Assembly: GCA_965240325.2 (NCBI GenBank) | Contig: OZ251239.1 | Span: 992,001-1,056,000, forward strand | Origin: Rebecca billardiae RCC1528 | Taxonomy: Eukaryota; Protista; Haptophyta | Direction: 5' to 3' | DNA length: 64,000 nt | Shown: positions 1 through 11,136 of the stretch, piece after piece | Layout of the letters: every line of letters begins with the position of its first letter | Numbering within the stretch: position 1 is the stretch's first letter | The notes under the pieces: model-generated | Databases searched by the model: none | Told to the model about the DNA's origin: nothing | What the model saw: only the letters and a program-made list of their open reading frames with translations | Translations under genes and position numbers: made by a program

Positions 1-409
1 AAGGACAGTGCGGACAACTCCCTCCCTGGGGTTGCTGCGCGCATATTGGGATTACCGCAAGCTCCGAGCGTCTCGAGCCCTGCTAAAAGCTCACCGCGCA
101 CGACAGGACGGACGCCACCGCGAGGATCACATGCCTCGCGATCTCATCAGCTCTCAAGCCTCTGAACCTGGCCCTTATTTCCGGCGCTCTTGCGCCGGGC
201 CAAAACAGCGATCGAGCTCCGATCGCTCCTGGGCTCGGGGCGGTATTATCATCGCCGTGCCGACTTACCCAGATTTTGCCGCGATCAGCCAATCGGCGAT
301 CGCACCGTCCGTCCTGTTGCCGCTCAACTTTGTACCACTGCTTCTCGTCCATGTCCGGTGCTGCTCACCTGCTTTCCTTGGACAAATCCAGTGTACCAGC
401 ATGACGCCC

Positions 410-690
410 GCGCTGCTCCGCGCTGCTCCGCGCTGCTCCGCGCTGCTCCGCGCTGCTCCGCGCTGCTCCGCGCTGCTCCGCGCTGCTCCGCGCTGCTCCG
501 CGCTGCTCCGCGCTGCTCCGCGCTGCTCCGCGCGCTCCGCGCTGCTCCGCGCTGCTCCGCGCTGCTCCGCGCTGCTCCGCGCGCTCCGCGCTGCTCCGCG
601 CGCCCCGCGCTGCTCCGCGCTCCCGCGCCGCTGCGCCCGCGCTGCTCCGCGCCCGCGCCGCTGCGCCCGCGCTGCTCCGCGCTCGCGCGT
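410..690. repeat. Tandem minisatellite, 10-bp unit CGCTGCTCCG
   Basis: About 12 near-perfect units from 410, then degenerate. It produces the spurious overlapping RAAPRCSALL ORFs. Confidence 0.95.
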
Positions 691-1262
691 CTGCTGCCGC
701 GCGCGTCCTGGACGCGCGCGCTGCCAGCCACTGCTCCGCAGCAGCTGCTGCCGCCGGCCCGCCTGATGCGGCGCCAGCCCTGACACCCCAGCGGCAACGC
801 CATCTGCCGCTGAGATGCGTGCCCCAGACTGTGCCAGTTCATCCGCACTGCTGCTCTGCAGCAGCTGCGCCGCCGGTCTGCCTGCTGCAGCACCGGCCCT
901 GACTCACCGCCGGCGACGCCATCTGCTGAGATGCGCGCCCCTGGCCTCGTCAGCTCAACAGTCGTATATTTGTGTCTGCTGCACGTCTGTGCTGTGACGA
1001 GTGACGCCCATATTGTCGGGCATATTGAGACTGACTTACGTGTACGTGACGACTTTCGAGACTGCGCCGCGCCGCGGGGACGTCCCCCTTCCCCTGCCCG
1101 GCCCGGGCGGGCCCGAAGTCGAACGAAGGCGCATGATTGTTATTGCGTAAAGTTTAGTGGCGTGCTTGAGAGCTGCATGCAGAGAATCCGTTTATTGCCC
1201 AGCCGGAGCGGCGCGCGCGGCAGGCGACGAGCTCGCGAGCAAGGAAGCGTCAAGCACCTCCG

Positions 1263-4200
1263 ATGCCGAAGGCCCGCAACACGAGGCGGAAGGAGAAAGC
1301 GGACTCCTCCCCTTGGAAGGGGCGTGGCCGTAAAGTTGCGTCGGACCATCCGGACGACGACGATGGCGTGCAGCTCTTCGCGCAGCAGCTCCGCGCCGCC
1401 GCGGGCGGGGTCGCGGGTAATTTGCAGGAGCTCTCGCTGTGCGCGCATGCCCTGCAGTACGCCTCGCCCCGCGTGCGCGAGCTTGCCGCAGACACGCTCG
1501 CGGAGCGCGGCGCCGACCCGGAGGCGCGCGCACGCGCGGCGAGCTACGGCTCGCCCGCCATCGAAGCGCTCGCGCACGCGCTCGAGTGTGACCACGCCGA
1601 CGTCCGCATCGCCGCGGCGCGCGCGCTTGCTCAGCTGGTGCGGAGCCAGGCGGTCGGGCTGCGCGCAGCCGGGTGCGCCGGCCGCGCGCTCGCGGCCGCC
1701 CTCTCGGACGAGAGCATGCCCCTGCGCGAGGCCGCCGCGGCCGCGCTCGCGAGCATCTTCTCGCCCCTCGCCACGTTCGGCGCCGATGGGGACTTTGCGC
1801 TGGACGGCGAGGCTGACGACTGGTGGCGTCCGATCGCGGACGGCGTGCTCGAGCTGCTCAGGGCGGGCGGCGTGAGCGAGGCCGGGCGCAGCGCCGCGCT
1901 GGACCTGTGCCTGTACGCGACGTGCTCGGTGTACGGCTTCGCCGAGCTCGCGATCGCGCGCCAGATCCCGCCGCTGCTCATCGCGCTCGCGGAGGACGAG
2001 GCGGGTGTGCATCACGCCGATGTCTTGGCAGCGGTGACGGCGATCGACGCGATCGGGTACAGGCACTACGGGGACGTTGACGACAACCCGCTGAGCCCGT
2101 CGTTCAGCTTGAATCAACTCTTGACGCCCCTCGCGGGCGCGGCGGAGCACCTGCTGCAGCACGCCTCGGGCGCACAGCTGGCGCGCGCCCTCAGCGTGCT
2201 CTCGCTAAGCGCAGAGGAGTGCCTGTTTGACAACCGCGACATCGACGCCGACAGCGCGAGAGACCGCTGCCTGTGCCGCGCGCTCGGCTCCGCGGACTGG
2301 GACGTGCGCGCGGCTGCGCTGCGCTTCGTCGAGGCCGGCGTGTGGAGCAGGCAGACCGCCTTGCTCAGGCTCAGACCGGACGACTCCACGACGCTGGCGC
2401 CATCCATGATCCAGACCGGCGCGCTGGCGGCGCTCACGCGGCTCATCGTGTCGAGCGTGGAAGCGAGCGAGGTCGAGGCCGCCGACCGTCCGAGGGGCGA
2501 CGCGGAGTTCCAGACCGAGCTTGACGAGCTCGGCGAGAGCGCCGTGTGCCTCCTCGCCATGCTCTCCGCTAGCGATCTCGACTTGTTTTCAAACGCGTTC
2601 TACCGTCCGCCCATCGAGCTCCGGCTCTTCGAGGGCGAGCTGCCGCGCGTGCTCGCGCGCGCGCTGCGCTCGTGCAGCCGGCCGCTGCGGCACCGCGCGC
2701 TGTGCCTGCTGCGGCTGCTGCACTCGGAGGAGTTCGCGCGCGTGGCTGCGGAGCTCGCCTCGGAGCCCGAGACGGCGGAGGCCGCCACGGCGTACGCGCC
2801 GCTGCACCTGCCAGAGCTCGGCAAGCTCCTCCTCGCCTTCATCGGCCGGGAGGGGAGCTGCAGCAAGGGCGAGGGCGCGCACGAGCAGCGGGACGTGACC
2901 GCCGCGCTGAAGCTGCTGCCGCACGCGGCGGACTCCGAAGCGCTCGTCAGAGCAGGCGCCGCCCAAGCACTCTTCGACGCGTACCGGGAGGGCCACTGGG
3001 TGCCGCCCATCGGTGGCGCGAAGAGCGCGCCGGACGCGGAGCGCCTGCGCGAGGGCTGGTGCTGCCTCTCGCAAAAGCGGCTCGCGGCGCTGCGCGAGCT
3101 GCAGAGCGTGTGCTACAACAGCAAGCGCACGCGCACGAAGCTCGCGCGCAGCCAAGACCACGACCGCGGCTGGATGGCCTGCCTCGCGGCCGCGCTGCAC
3201 GGCGTGGCCCACACCGACGACGCCATCAGCGACCGCCACGCGGAGGCTGCCTTCTGGGCGGCAACCATTCTGCTGAACCTGCTCGCCGCCTGCGGCCGGC
3301 GGGCTGCTGCCGAGCTGCGCCGCTCGCTCGTGCGCCGGCACAAGCTGCTGCTGCCGGTGGCTACGCTCGCGGCCCGCTTCTCGCCCGTGGACGCTGCGCT
3401 AGCGATCAGGAACTCACCGAGCGCTTTGCTCGACTCTCTCGTCGCGACGGACACGAAGCCGCAGCCGGCCGAGAGCGGTGACGCGCGCGCGCGCTCCGCC
3501 CTGCTACTGATTGCGCCTGACCACTGCGCCGTCACCTCCGAGCTCGCCGCGTGCCGCAAGCGTGAGCGCGTGCTGCGCTCGCAGCTTGCCGCGCTCGCGC
3601 AGGACGTGGGGCCGCCGACGCGGCTGCACGACCTCATCTTCCGCTTCCCGGACGGGCGCGAGCTCGGCGCGTCGCGGCTGCTGCTCGCGCGCACCGACTA
3701 CTACCGCCGGCTGCTAGGCGACGGCCCCGCGCTGCAGCCGGCCGAGGCGGCGACGGGCGTCGTCCACGTGGACGCGAGCTTCTCGTTCGAGGCGTATGAG
3801 GCGCTGCTGCGCCGCGTGCACTCGGCGAACGCCGCGCCGCTGCCCAAGTCGCTGCCACTCGTGATCGAGCTTAGCGCGCTCGCGGCGAAGCTCGCGCCGC
3901 CGGACGTACAGCGGCCGGACGAGCGCGAGTGCGACAACTCCGCCCCCCCCGCGGACCCGCTGGGCGCGCTCGCGGACGAGTGCCTGGACGCGATCGGGCG
4001 CATGCTCAGCACGGGCAACTGCATCGGCGCGCTCGAGCTCACCCACGATCGGCCCGAGCGCGCGAAAGCGCACACACGCGTGTGCAAATTCGTCGCCGCG
4101 CAGCTCGCAGATCAGATGCAGCGCGGCTGGAGCAGCCGTTACTACGACCCGCCGATCATGGAGCAGGCGTGCTGGAACAAGCTCGGCGCAGACCAGCCGG

Positions 4201-4370
4201 CGCTTGCGCTTGCGCTGGTGCAGCGAGCGATCGCCCTGCGCCGCGATGTCCACACATTCGAGAGGGGCATTCAGCACCAGCCAACGCAGCCCGCCCCCGC
4301 CGCCGCCCGAGCCGCTACGTCTGACGACTCGTCGTCTCGGTCTCGGACGATCGACTCGTCTGATCACTGA
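1263..4370 (+). CDS. ARM/HEAT-repeat protein with C-terminal BTB/POZ domain (putative CUL3 adaptor)
   Basis: 1035-aa ATG ORF with GC3-rich codons. Has HEAT/ARM-like segments (ADVRIAAARALAQL, DWDVRAAALR) and a BTB-like segment DLIFRFPDGRELGASRLLLARTDYYRRLL...SFEAYEALLRRVH. Confidence 0.75.
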   Translation: MPKARNTRRKEKADSSPWKGRGRKVASDHPDDDDGVQLFAQQLRAAAGGVAGNLQELSLCAHALQYASPRVRELAADTLAERGADPEARARAASYGSPAIEALAHALECDHADVRIAAARALAQLVRSQAVGLRAAGCAGRALAAALSDESMPLREAAAAALASIFSPLATFGADGDFALDGEADDWWRPIADGVLELLRAGGVSEAGRSAALDLCLYATCSVYGFAELAIARQIPPLLIALAEDEAGVHHADVLAAVTAIDAIGYRHYGDVDDNPLSPSFSLNQLLTPLAGAAEHLLQHASGAQLARALSVLSLSAEECLFDNRDIDADSARDRCLCRALGSADWDVRAAALRFVEAGVWSRQTALLRLRPDDSTTLAPSMIQTGALAALTRLIVSSVEASEVEAADRPRGDAEFQTELDELGESAVCLLAMLSASDLDLFSNAFYRPPIELRLFEGELPRVLARALRSCSRPLRHRALCLLRLLHSEEFARVAAELASEPETAEAATAYAPLHLPELGKLLLAFIGREGSCSKGEGAHEQRDVTAALKLLPHAADSEALVRAGAAQALFDAYREGHWVPPIGGAKSAPDAERLREGWCCLSQKRLAALRELQSVCYNSKRTRTKLARSQDHDRGWMACLAAALHGVAHTDDAISDRHAEAAFWAATILLNLLAACGRRAAAELRRSLVRRHKLLLPVATLAARFSPVDAALAIRNSPSALLDSLVATDTKPQPAESGDARARSALLLIAPDHCAVTSELAACRKRERVLRSQLAALAQDVGPPTRLHDLIFRFPDGRELGASRLLLARTDYYRRLLGDGPALQPAEAATGVVHVDASFSFEAYEALLRRVHSANAAPLPKSLPLVIELSALAAKLAPPDVQRPDERECDNSAPPADPLGALADECLDAIGRMLSTGNCIGALELTHDRPERAKAHTRVCKFVAAQLADQMQRGWSSRYYDPPIMEQACWNKLGADQPALALALVQRAIALRRDVHTFERGIQHQPTQPAPAAARAATSDDSSSRSRTIDSSDH

Positions 4371-4549
4371 TGAACTCGTGATGAAGCCGGCGCCAGGGCC
4401 GGCGGTCAGCGATTGAGTCATATCATCACTGTGAGTAGTCACTTTCAGTGTCAGCAGCGACAGCGACGCGCCGCCGACGGCGACTCATAACGCGCGCGGC
4501 GGCGCATTAGCGGCGCTGACTAATGATATACGGCCTTGCGAATATATAT

Positions 4550-6590
4550 CACAGTGAACAAAAACGCGGGATTATCGTCACCGTAACCTGTCCGATGCGA
4601 GCCGATTTTCGGGGAATTATCGCGCGGGCCGCACGAGCGCACAGAAGACGCTACGGTGGTCGCGCAGGCGCCTGGCGAGTGCCCAGGGCACGGGACTGCA
4701 ACACCCCACCCAGCCTCCCCATCCCTCCGCCCCTCTCTGCCTCGCCGGGTTGCACGCGGCTGGCCGGTCACGTAGCTCGTGGTGAGCCATTCGTGAGCGT
4801 GGGGCCCTGCTGCTCAGTGCGGCGATGCAGCGAGGCGAAGCGGCGCGTAAGATGGCGCATCTTACTCCAAATGCAGTCTGCTGCCAGCACAGCCGCCCTC
4901 GCCGGAGTGCCTGGTCGTCACCTTCGTCGTGTGCACCTGTTGCGAGCTGCCGTCAACAAGCGAATGCCTCAGGCCTCCCGGGAGCCATTCAAACACGCTC
5001 GTCCTCGACGAGGCGTGCGCGAGGCACCGCGCGAGCGCGGGAACGGCCCTTCCCAGCATACTCCTACACGGCCATCCACCTCGCTACAGCCTGCCATATC
5101 ACACTCCTCCCCGCAACAGTGCCCGCGTGCCGCGTGCGAGGCCGGCCCAACCCCAGGCAGAACTGGTGCACAGATATTTTCGACTGCGAGGAGACGGCGG
5201 CGAGCACAGGCGTGCGGCGCCGTCCCGCGCTTCATTGGGATGTTCTAGACCAGTCGCGCGCCCGCGGCACCGCACCCGCCCTCTCCGCGTCGCGTGCCAC
5301 TCCACGCAGCGCGCGCCCTCTCGGGCGATGCGAGTCTCGCCATCGACGGCGATCTTGCGGCTGATTCGTACCCGCATGTATTCAACAAATACGACAAATC
5401 GCCGAGCTGAAGCGCACTTGGTCGCGCGATGGCAGGTCGCGCTGTGTGACGTCGCTCGCCGCAGGAAATTCGGTACGCGACGAGAGCACGGCGCACGCGC
5501 ACGGCGCGGCGTGGGAGGCGGGGCGGTGGTGTCCTCGAGCCATCCCGCCCACGCCGCGGTGCGCCAGCCGCCACCTCGCCGCGCCGTGGCCCATGCCGCG
5601 CGGCAGGTGTCGACCAGACCGACCTTGCCGCCCGACAGAGGGCCGCACCGGAAATTCTGTATTTGTTGAATACAGACTTACCCACGTGCCCGTGCTGAGG
5701 CGGGGCCGGTGGCGGCGGCGTGGCGCGGCGGCGGCGGCGCGGGCAGCCTGACGGGCCAGATAGGGCGCGCCAGGTCGGGGCGATCGTGATGGGATGGTTC
5801 TATACGCATCAGCGCGTGCTCCTGTGCATCTCAAGAGCGCGCTGGGCGCCCTCTCTCGCGCCTATGCCCATCCCACGCGGTCTGAGAAGCCTCTGTTTGG
5901 ACACCGTTGGCTGCGCGCTCGGTCGTGGCTGCCCGGCGGGTCGAAGAGGTCGAGGCGAGCCGGGTCGTTCGCGACGGACGATGTCTATGGGTCATGGTGA
6001 GTGGCAGCACGCAGCTCGGGCGCGCGCCCGGCGCCTCCTCGCCGCGCTACATCCACACCAAGATCTGGCCCAAAACCAGGCTTCAAGAGCGAAACTCAGT
6101 CTGGGAGCTGCTCAGGCCGCTGTGTGCGGTTTGGCGTACCGCAAACTTGTGGAGCGGGTGCCCACATGGGTTGAGCACAATGCGACGTTGCGTTTTTCCG
6201 CGAAACACCACTTCCTCGCCTCTCCGCGCGCGCGCCGCGCGGCTACCGTGACCTCATCTTAACAGGTCACGTGTGGCCGCCCGTGGGGCGAGGGTGGGCG
6301 AGGAGGGGCGGGCGAGGGTGACGCCGCCCCGGGGAACCGCCTTGGCAGGCCGACCGACGCCTCGCAGCCCCCCTCGCGGCACACATGCGCGCACGCCCGC
6401 CGCTCGGAGCGCGCCATCGATTCGAATGGGCGTGCGCGCGAACGACCATGCTCAAACGGCTTCGGCCCGATCTTTCTCCACTGTGGCGGCGCGAAGTGCC
6501 GCGAACGGGGCATCAAAAAAATTCCAGCGCATCCCCACTGGGCGGAAGTGCGGACAGGTTACGGTGACGGCTAAAATCGAATTGTTTACT

Positions 6591-6593
<3 letters not shown>
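4550..6593. mobile_element. Non-autonomous DNA transposon, CACAG...CTGTG ends, 2-bp TSD (AT), copy 1; EnSpm/CACTA-like
   Basis: Starts CACAGTGAACAA and ends TTGTTTACTGTG. A subterminal 19-bp box CGTCACCGTAACCTGTCCG is inverted at both ends. It is inserted in an (AT)n tract and is homologous over its whole length to 6743-8775. Confidence 0.9.

Positions 6594-6659
<66 letters not shown>
6594..6659. repeat. (AT)n microsatellite
   Basis: Read directly from the sequence. Confidence 0.98.
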
Positions 6660-6662
<3 letters not shown>

Positions 6663-6742
6663 TATGAGAGAGCCCTGCTGGCGGAGCAGAGTGACTACTG
6701 ATAATGATATCGACGCGAGTCGCGACGACGCGACTACTACTA

Positions 6743-8775
6743 CACAGTAAAGAAATCGATTTTCGGCGTTACCGTAACCCGTCCGCACTTCCGCCCAGTG
6801 GGGATGCGCTGGAATTTTTTTCATGCCCCGTTCGCGGCACTTCGCGCCGCCACAGTGGAGAAAGATCGGGCCGAAGCCGTTTGAGCATGGTCGGTTGTGA
6901 GCACGCCCATTCGAATCGATGGCGCGCTCCGAGCGGCGGGCATGCGCGCATGTGTGCCGCGAGGGGCGCTGCGAGGCGTCGGCCGGCTTGCCAAGGCGGT
7001 TCCCCGCGGCGGCATCACCCTCGCCCGCCGCTCCTCGCCCACCCTCGCCCCACGGGCGGCCACACGTGACCTGTTAAGATGAGTTCACGGGAGCCGCACG
7101 GCACGCGCGCGGAGAGGCGAGGAAGTGGTGTTTCGCGGAAAAACGCTCTATAGCATTGTGTTCAACCCATGTGGGCACCCGCTCCGCAAGTTTGTACGCC
7201 GCCAAACCGCACACAGCGGCCTGAGCAGCTCCCAGACTGAGTTTCGCTCTTGAAGCCTGTTTTTGGGCCAGATCTTGGTGTGGATGTAGCGCGGCGAGGA
7301 GGCGCCGGGCGCGCGCCCGAGCTGCGTGCTGGCACTCGCCATGACCAATAGGCATCGTCCGTCGCGAACGACCCGGCTCGCCTCGACCTCTCCGACCCGC
7401 CGGGCAGCCACGACCGAGCACGGCACGACAATGGCCAAACCGGGAGGCTTCTCAGACCGCGTGGGATGGGCATAGGCGCGAGAGAGGGCGCCCAGCGCGC
7501 TCTTGAGATGCACAGGAGCACGCACTGATGCGTATGGAACCATCCCATCACGATCGCCCCGACCTGGCGCGCCCTATCTGGCCCGTCAGGCTGCCCGCGC
7601 CGCCGCCGCCGCGCCTCGCCGCCGCCACGGGCGCCGCCGCATCGCGGGCACGTGGGTAAGTCTGTATTCAACAAATACAGAATTTCCGGTGCGGCCCTCT
7701 GTTGGGCGGCAAGGTCGATCTGGTCGACACCTGCCGCGCGGCATGGGCCACGGCGCGGCGAGGTGGCGGCTGGCGCACCGCGGCGTGGGCGGGATGGCTC
7801 GATGACACCACCGCCCCGCCTCCCACGCCGCGCCGTGCGCGTGCGCCGTGCTCTCGTCGCGTACCGAATTTCCTGCGGCGAGCGACGTCCAACAGCGCGA
7901 CCATGCCATCGCGCGACGAGGTGCGTTCAGCTCGGCGATTTGTCGTATTTGTTGAATACATGCGGGTACGAATCGGCCGCAAGATGGCCTCGACGTACAC
8001 GTCGAGAGCCACGCGCGCGGTGTGGAGTGGCACGCGACGCGGAGAGGGCGGGTGCGGTGCCGCGGGCGCGCGACTGGTCTAGAACATCCCAATGAAGCGC
8101 GGGACGGCGCTGCGCGCCTGTGCTCGCTGCCGTCTCCTCGCAGTCGAAAATATCTGTGCACCCTTCTGTCTGGCTAGTCGACCGGCCGGCACGCGGCACG
8201 CGAGCAGTGTGTGTGGGGAGGAATGTGACATGGCAGGCTGTGGCGAGGTGGATGGCCGTGCAGGTCTACGCTAGGAAGGGCCGCTCCCGCGCTCGCGTGG
8301 TGCCTCGCGCACGCCTCGTCGAGGACGAGCGTGTTTGAATGGCTCCGGAGAAGGCTTACGATCGCTCGTTGATGGGCAGCGCGCGACACGTGCACACGAC
8401 GAAGGTGACGACCAGGCACTCCGGCGAGGGCGGCTGTGCTGGTAGCAGACTGCATTCGGAGTAAGATGCGCCATCTTACGCGCCGCTTCGCCTCGCTGCA
8501 TCGCCGCACTGAGCAGCAGGGCTCCACGCTCACGAATGGCTCACCACGAGCTACGTGACCGGCCAGCCGCGTGCAACCCGGCGAGGCAGAGAGGGGCGGA
8601 GGGATGGGGAGGCTGGGTGGGATGTTGCAGTCCCATGCCCGGGGCACTCGCCAGGCGCCTGCGCGACCACCGTAGCGCCGTCTGTGCGCTCGTGCGGCCC
8701 GCGCGAGAAATTCCCCGAAAATCGGCTCGTGTCGGACGGGTTACGGTAACGATAATCCCGTTTTTGTTCACTGTG
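6743..8775. mobile_element. Non-autonomous DNA transposon, CACAG...CTGTG ends, 2-bp TSD (TA), copy 2 in opposite orientation
   Basis: ta|CACAGTAAAG...GTTCACTGTG|ta, with box CGTTACCGTAACCCGTCCG at both ends. It is a diverged inverted homologue of 4550-6593. Confidence 0.9.
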
Positions 8776-8784
8776 TAACTAACG

Positions 8785-9372
8785 GACGACAAGACGAGCA
8801 GAGAGCAGCAGACGCGCAGCAGTAACGACGACTGCTACTACACTGCGCTATAACTACTGATATGATGATCGTCGAGTTACTTACTACTGCGTGGCCGACT
8901 GTAGATGGCGGCAGCTGACAGTGTCAAACCGGTCCCCGGGACCCGGTCCCGGACCGGCGTCGGCGACCAGCGCGTTCATGCCGCCGCGCCGACGCCTGAC
9001 AATCCGATGCGGTCATGGCGCGGCGCAGCGGCGTTGCGGTTATTGACGATATATATGCCGCCATGACTATATGATGACTATATATATATTCTGAGAGACT
9101 CAGAGCAGAGCCCCTGGGCCTGGCGCGGCTCAGCCGGCAGAGTGAATGACTACTTAGCGCTACGACTAAGATCGACGACGAGACGAGAGAGCAGCAGACG
9201 CGCAGCAGTAACGACGACTGCTACTACTACACTGCGCTATACTGATGATGATCGTCGAGTTACTGCGTGGCGCCGACTGTAGATGGCGGCAGCTGGTGTC
9301 AACCCGGTCCCGGACCCGGTCCCGGACCGGCGTCGGCAACCGGCGCGTTCATGCCGCTGCGCCGACGCCTGA
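8785..9372. repeat. Degenerate tandem duplication (8785-9000 vs 9175-9372) including the 3' end of the adjacent gene
   Basis: The block gagcagcagacgcgcagcagtaacgacgactgctactac...ttcatgccgc(c/t)gcgccgacgcctgac occurs twice. Confidence 0.85.
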
Positions 9373-10772
9373 CTCCGATGTGGTAATGGCTGTCGCGCGC
9401 ATGCTGATGCTGCTGATGAGACCGAGCCTGTTGATGTTGGCAGATGGTATGCCCCCCAGGCCTGCAGCTTGCCAGTCGTCGCCCTCTTCTTCGGACTCGT
9501 CGTGTGCGGCGTGCTCCTCATCGAGCGTCCGCGGCGCGGCGTGCCTCGTGCCGCGGTCGCGCTTGTTATTCTTATTCTTCTTGCTGTCGTACGGGTACTC
9601 GCCGCGCCTGGTGGCCACGTTGACGATCGCGACAAACGACTTGCTGTCCTTGAAGTGCTTCGACGGCATGCCGACCGTCCACGCGACCGCAATGTTCTCC
9701 GCCCCCTGTGCCACCTTGCGGTAGGCGGCGTAGTGCTTGCTGCGCCGCATCAGCTCCCCGAGCCCGAGCTCCTTGAGGGTCTCGCACGCACCCAGGACCC
9801 ATGACCCGAATGTGCCCTTGTGGTGCGTGGCCGCGTCGCACACGACGCGCGAAATGAGCTCGAGCAGCATCGCGCACGGCACGGCCACGACCAGCTCGAG
9901 CAGCGTCAGCTCCTCGCGAGGCGGGAACACGCCGCGGGCGGGGCTCGCGACGTGGCGCTCCACCCACTCCAGCGCGCACACCATCGACCGCAGCTCGGGC
10001 ACGCTCATGTTCTTCTTCCACGTGCGCTCCACCAGGCTGGTCGCGAGCGGCCGCACGGCGCACGCCCACGCGCGCTGCGTGCGCGCGTGCCACTGCGCGA
10101 GCTCGGCCGCGTCCTGCGCGCACGCGGGCCGCAGCTTGCCCTCGCCCATCCAGCGCGCTCGCGATCGCTGACGGCTCGTGCCGGGCGCCCTGGCGCCCAA
10201 AGGCCTGGAGCCGAGGCACGCACGCGCCTTCGTCCTCGTGCTCCCACTCGGCGCACGGCCGGTCCTCGGAGAAGCGCGCGTGCTGCTCGATCACGCGGTT
10301 CGGGTCTCGCCCGATGGCCGATCGGCGAGCCAAGAAGCCTGTCCACCATCAGGACGATGACACTCGCCGGCGAGAGGAAGTCAACGAAGAGGCGCGAGTC
10401 CTCGAGCCCGTTGTGCGCCGCGCGCGCCGCGGGCGGCTCGGCGAGGCGCGCGGCGTACGCCGCGGGATCGCGCGCGCGGATGAGCGAGTCGAGCAGCAGG
10501 TTCAGCTCGATCCGCCCGGCCGGGGGCGCGGCCGCGCGGCAGCACGGGCAGCGCTCCGCGCCCTCGATCAGCGAGCGGCGCAGGCACACTTGGCAGAAGT
10601 TGTGCCCGCAGCAAAGCGTGACCGGCCTGACGAGCAGCTGGCGGCAGGTCGGGCAGTCGAGCGCAGGGCCGTCATCACTGTCCACCGCCGCCCTCGCCTC
10701 CGTCGTGTCCTCCGCGACGGGCACTGCGCTCGCACCGCTCCTCGACCCGAACGGCGTACCAGCCCGCGTCAT
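9349..10772 (-). pseudogene. RING-HC finger protein gene, split over three frames (frameshifted, or with unresolved introns)
   Basis: CPTC...PVTLCCGHNFCQVC...CPCCR is a C3HC4 motif. Protein-like sequence continues in the 9572-10333 frame and then the 9349-10200 frame. Confidence 0.65.
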
Positions 10773-11136
10773 CGCCCGGGTCGGCGGGGCCGATGGTGGC
10801 GAGGCACCCGTTCAGATCGCTCCGCGCCGTCAGGCCGGTGAGGCGCACGCGGCTGTCGGTTGCGAGCGGCGATGGCGGATGGCGACATGCGTCGTGATCT
10901 GCGTAGTGCGTGCGTCGCGCTCGACCGCGAATTCCGTTGGCCAGAGAGCATCGAAGCGTTTTGGGATTTTGGCGGCGGAGTTTTAACTTTTATAATATTA
11001 TACCTCTGCGCCCCTGGCCAGCGGCAGGCTTTACGATCGCGGTGCAGCCTATGCTCTGCCACCAGCGCCGACTTCGTGTCGACGATCGGGCACTGCCGCC
11101 GACGAATCAGGAGACCCGCGTCGTCCTACCTGTCTA

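Noticed and set aside
8-893. Several overlapping ORFs with repeated peptides
   Set aside because: They are artefacts of a stop-free 10-bp tandem repeat.
4550-4566. A functional V(D)J recombination signal sequence
   Set aside because: The spacer is 1 nt rather than 12 or 23, the TSD is 2 bp, and no RAG-like ORF is in the window. It is reported only as a resemblance.
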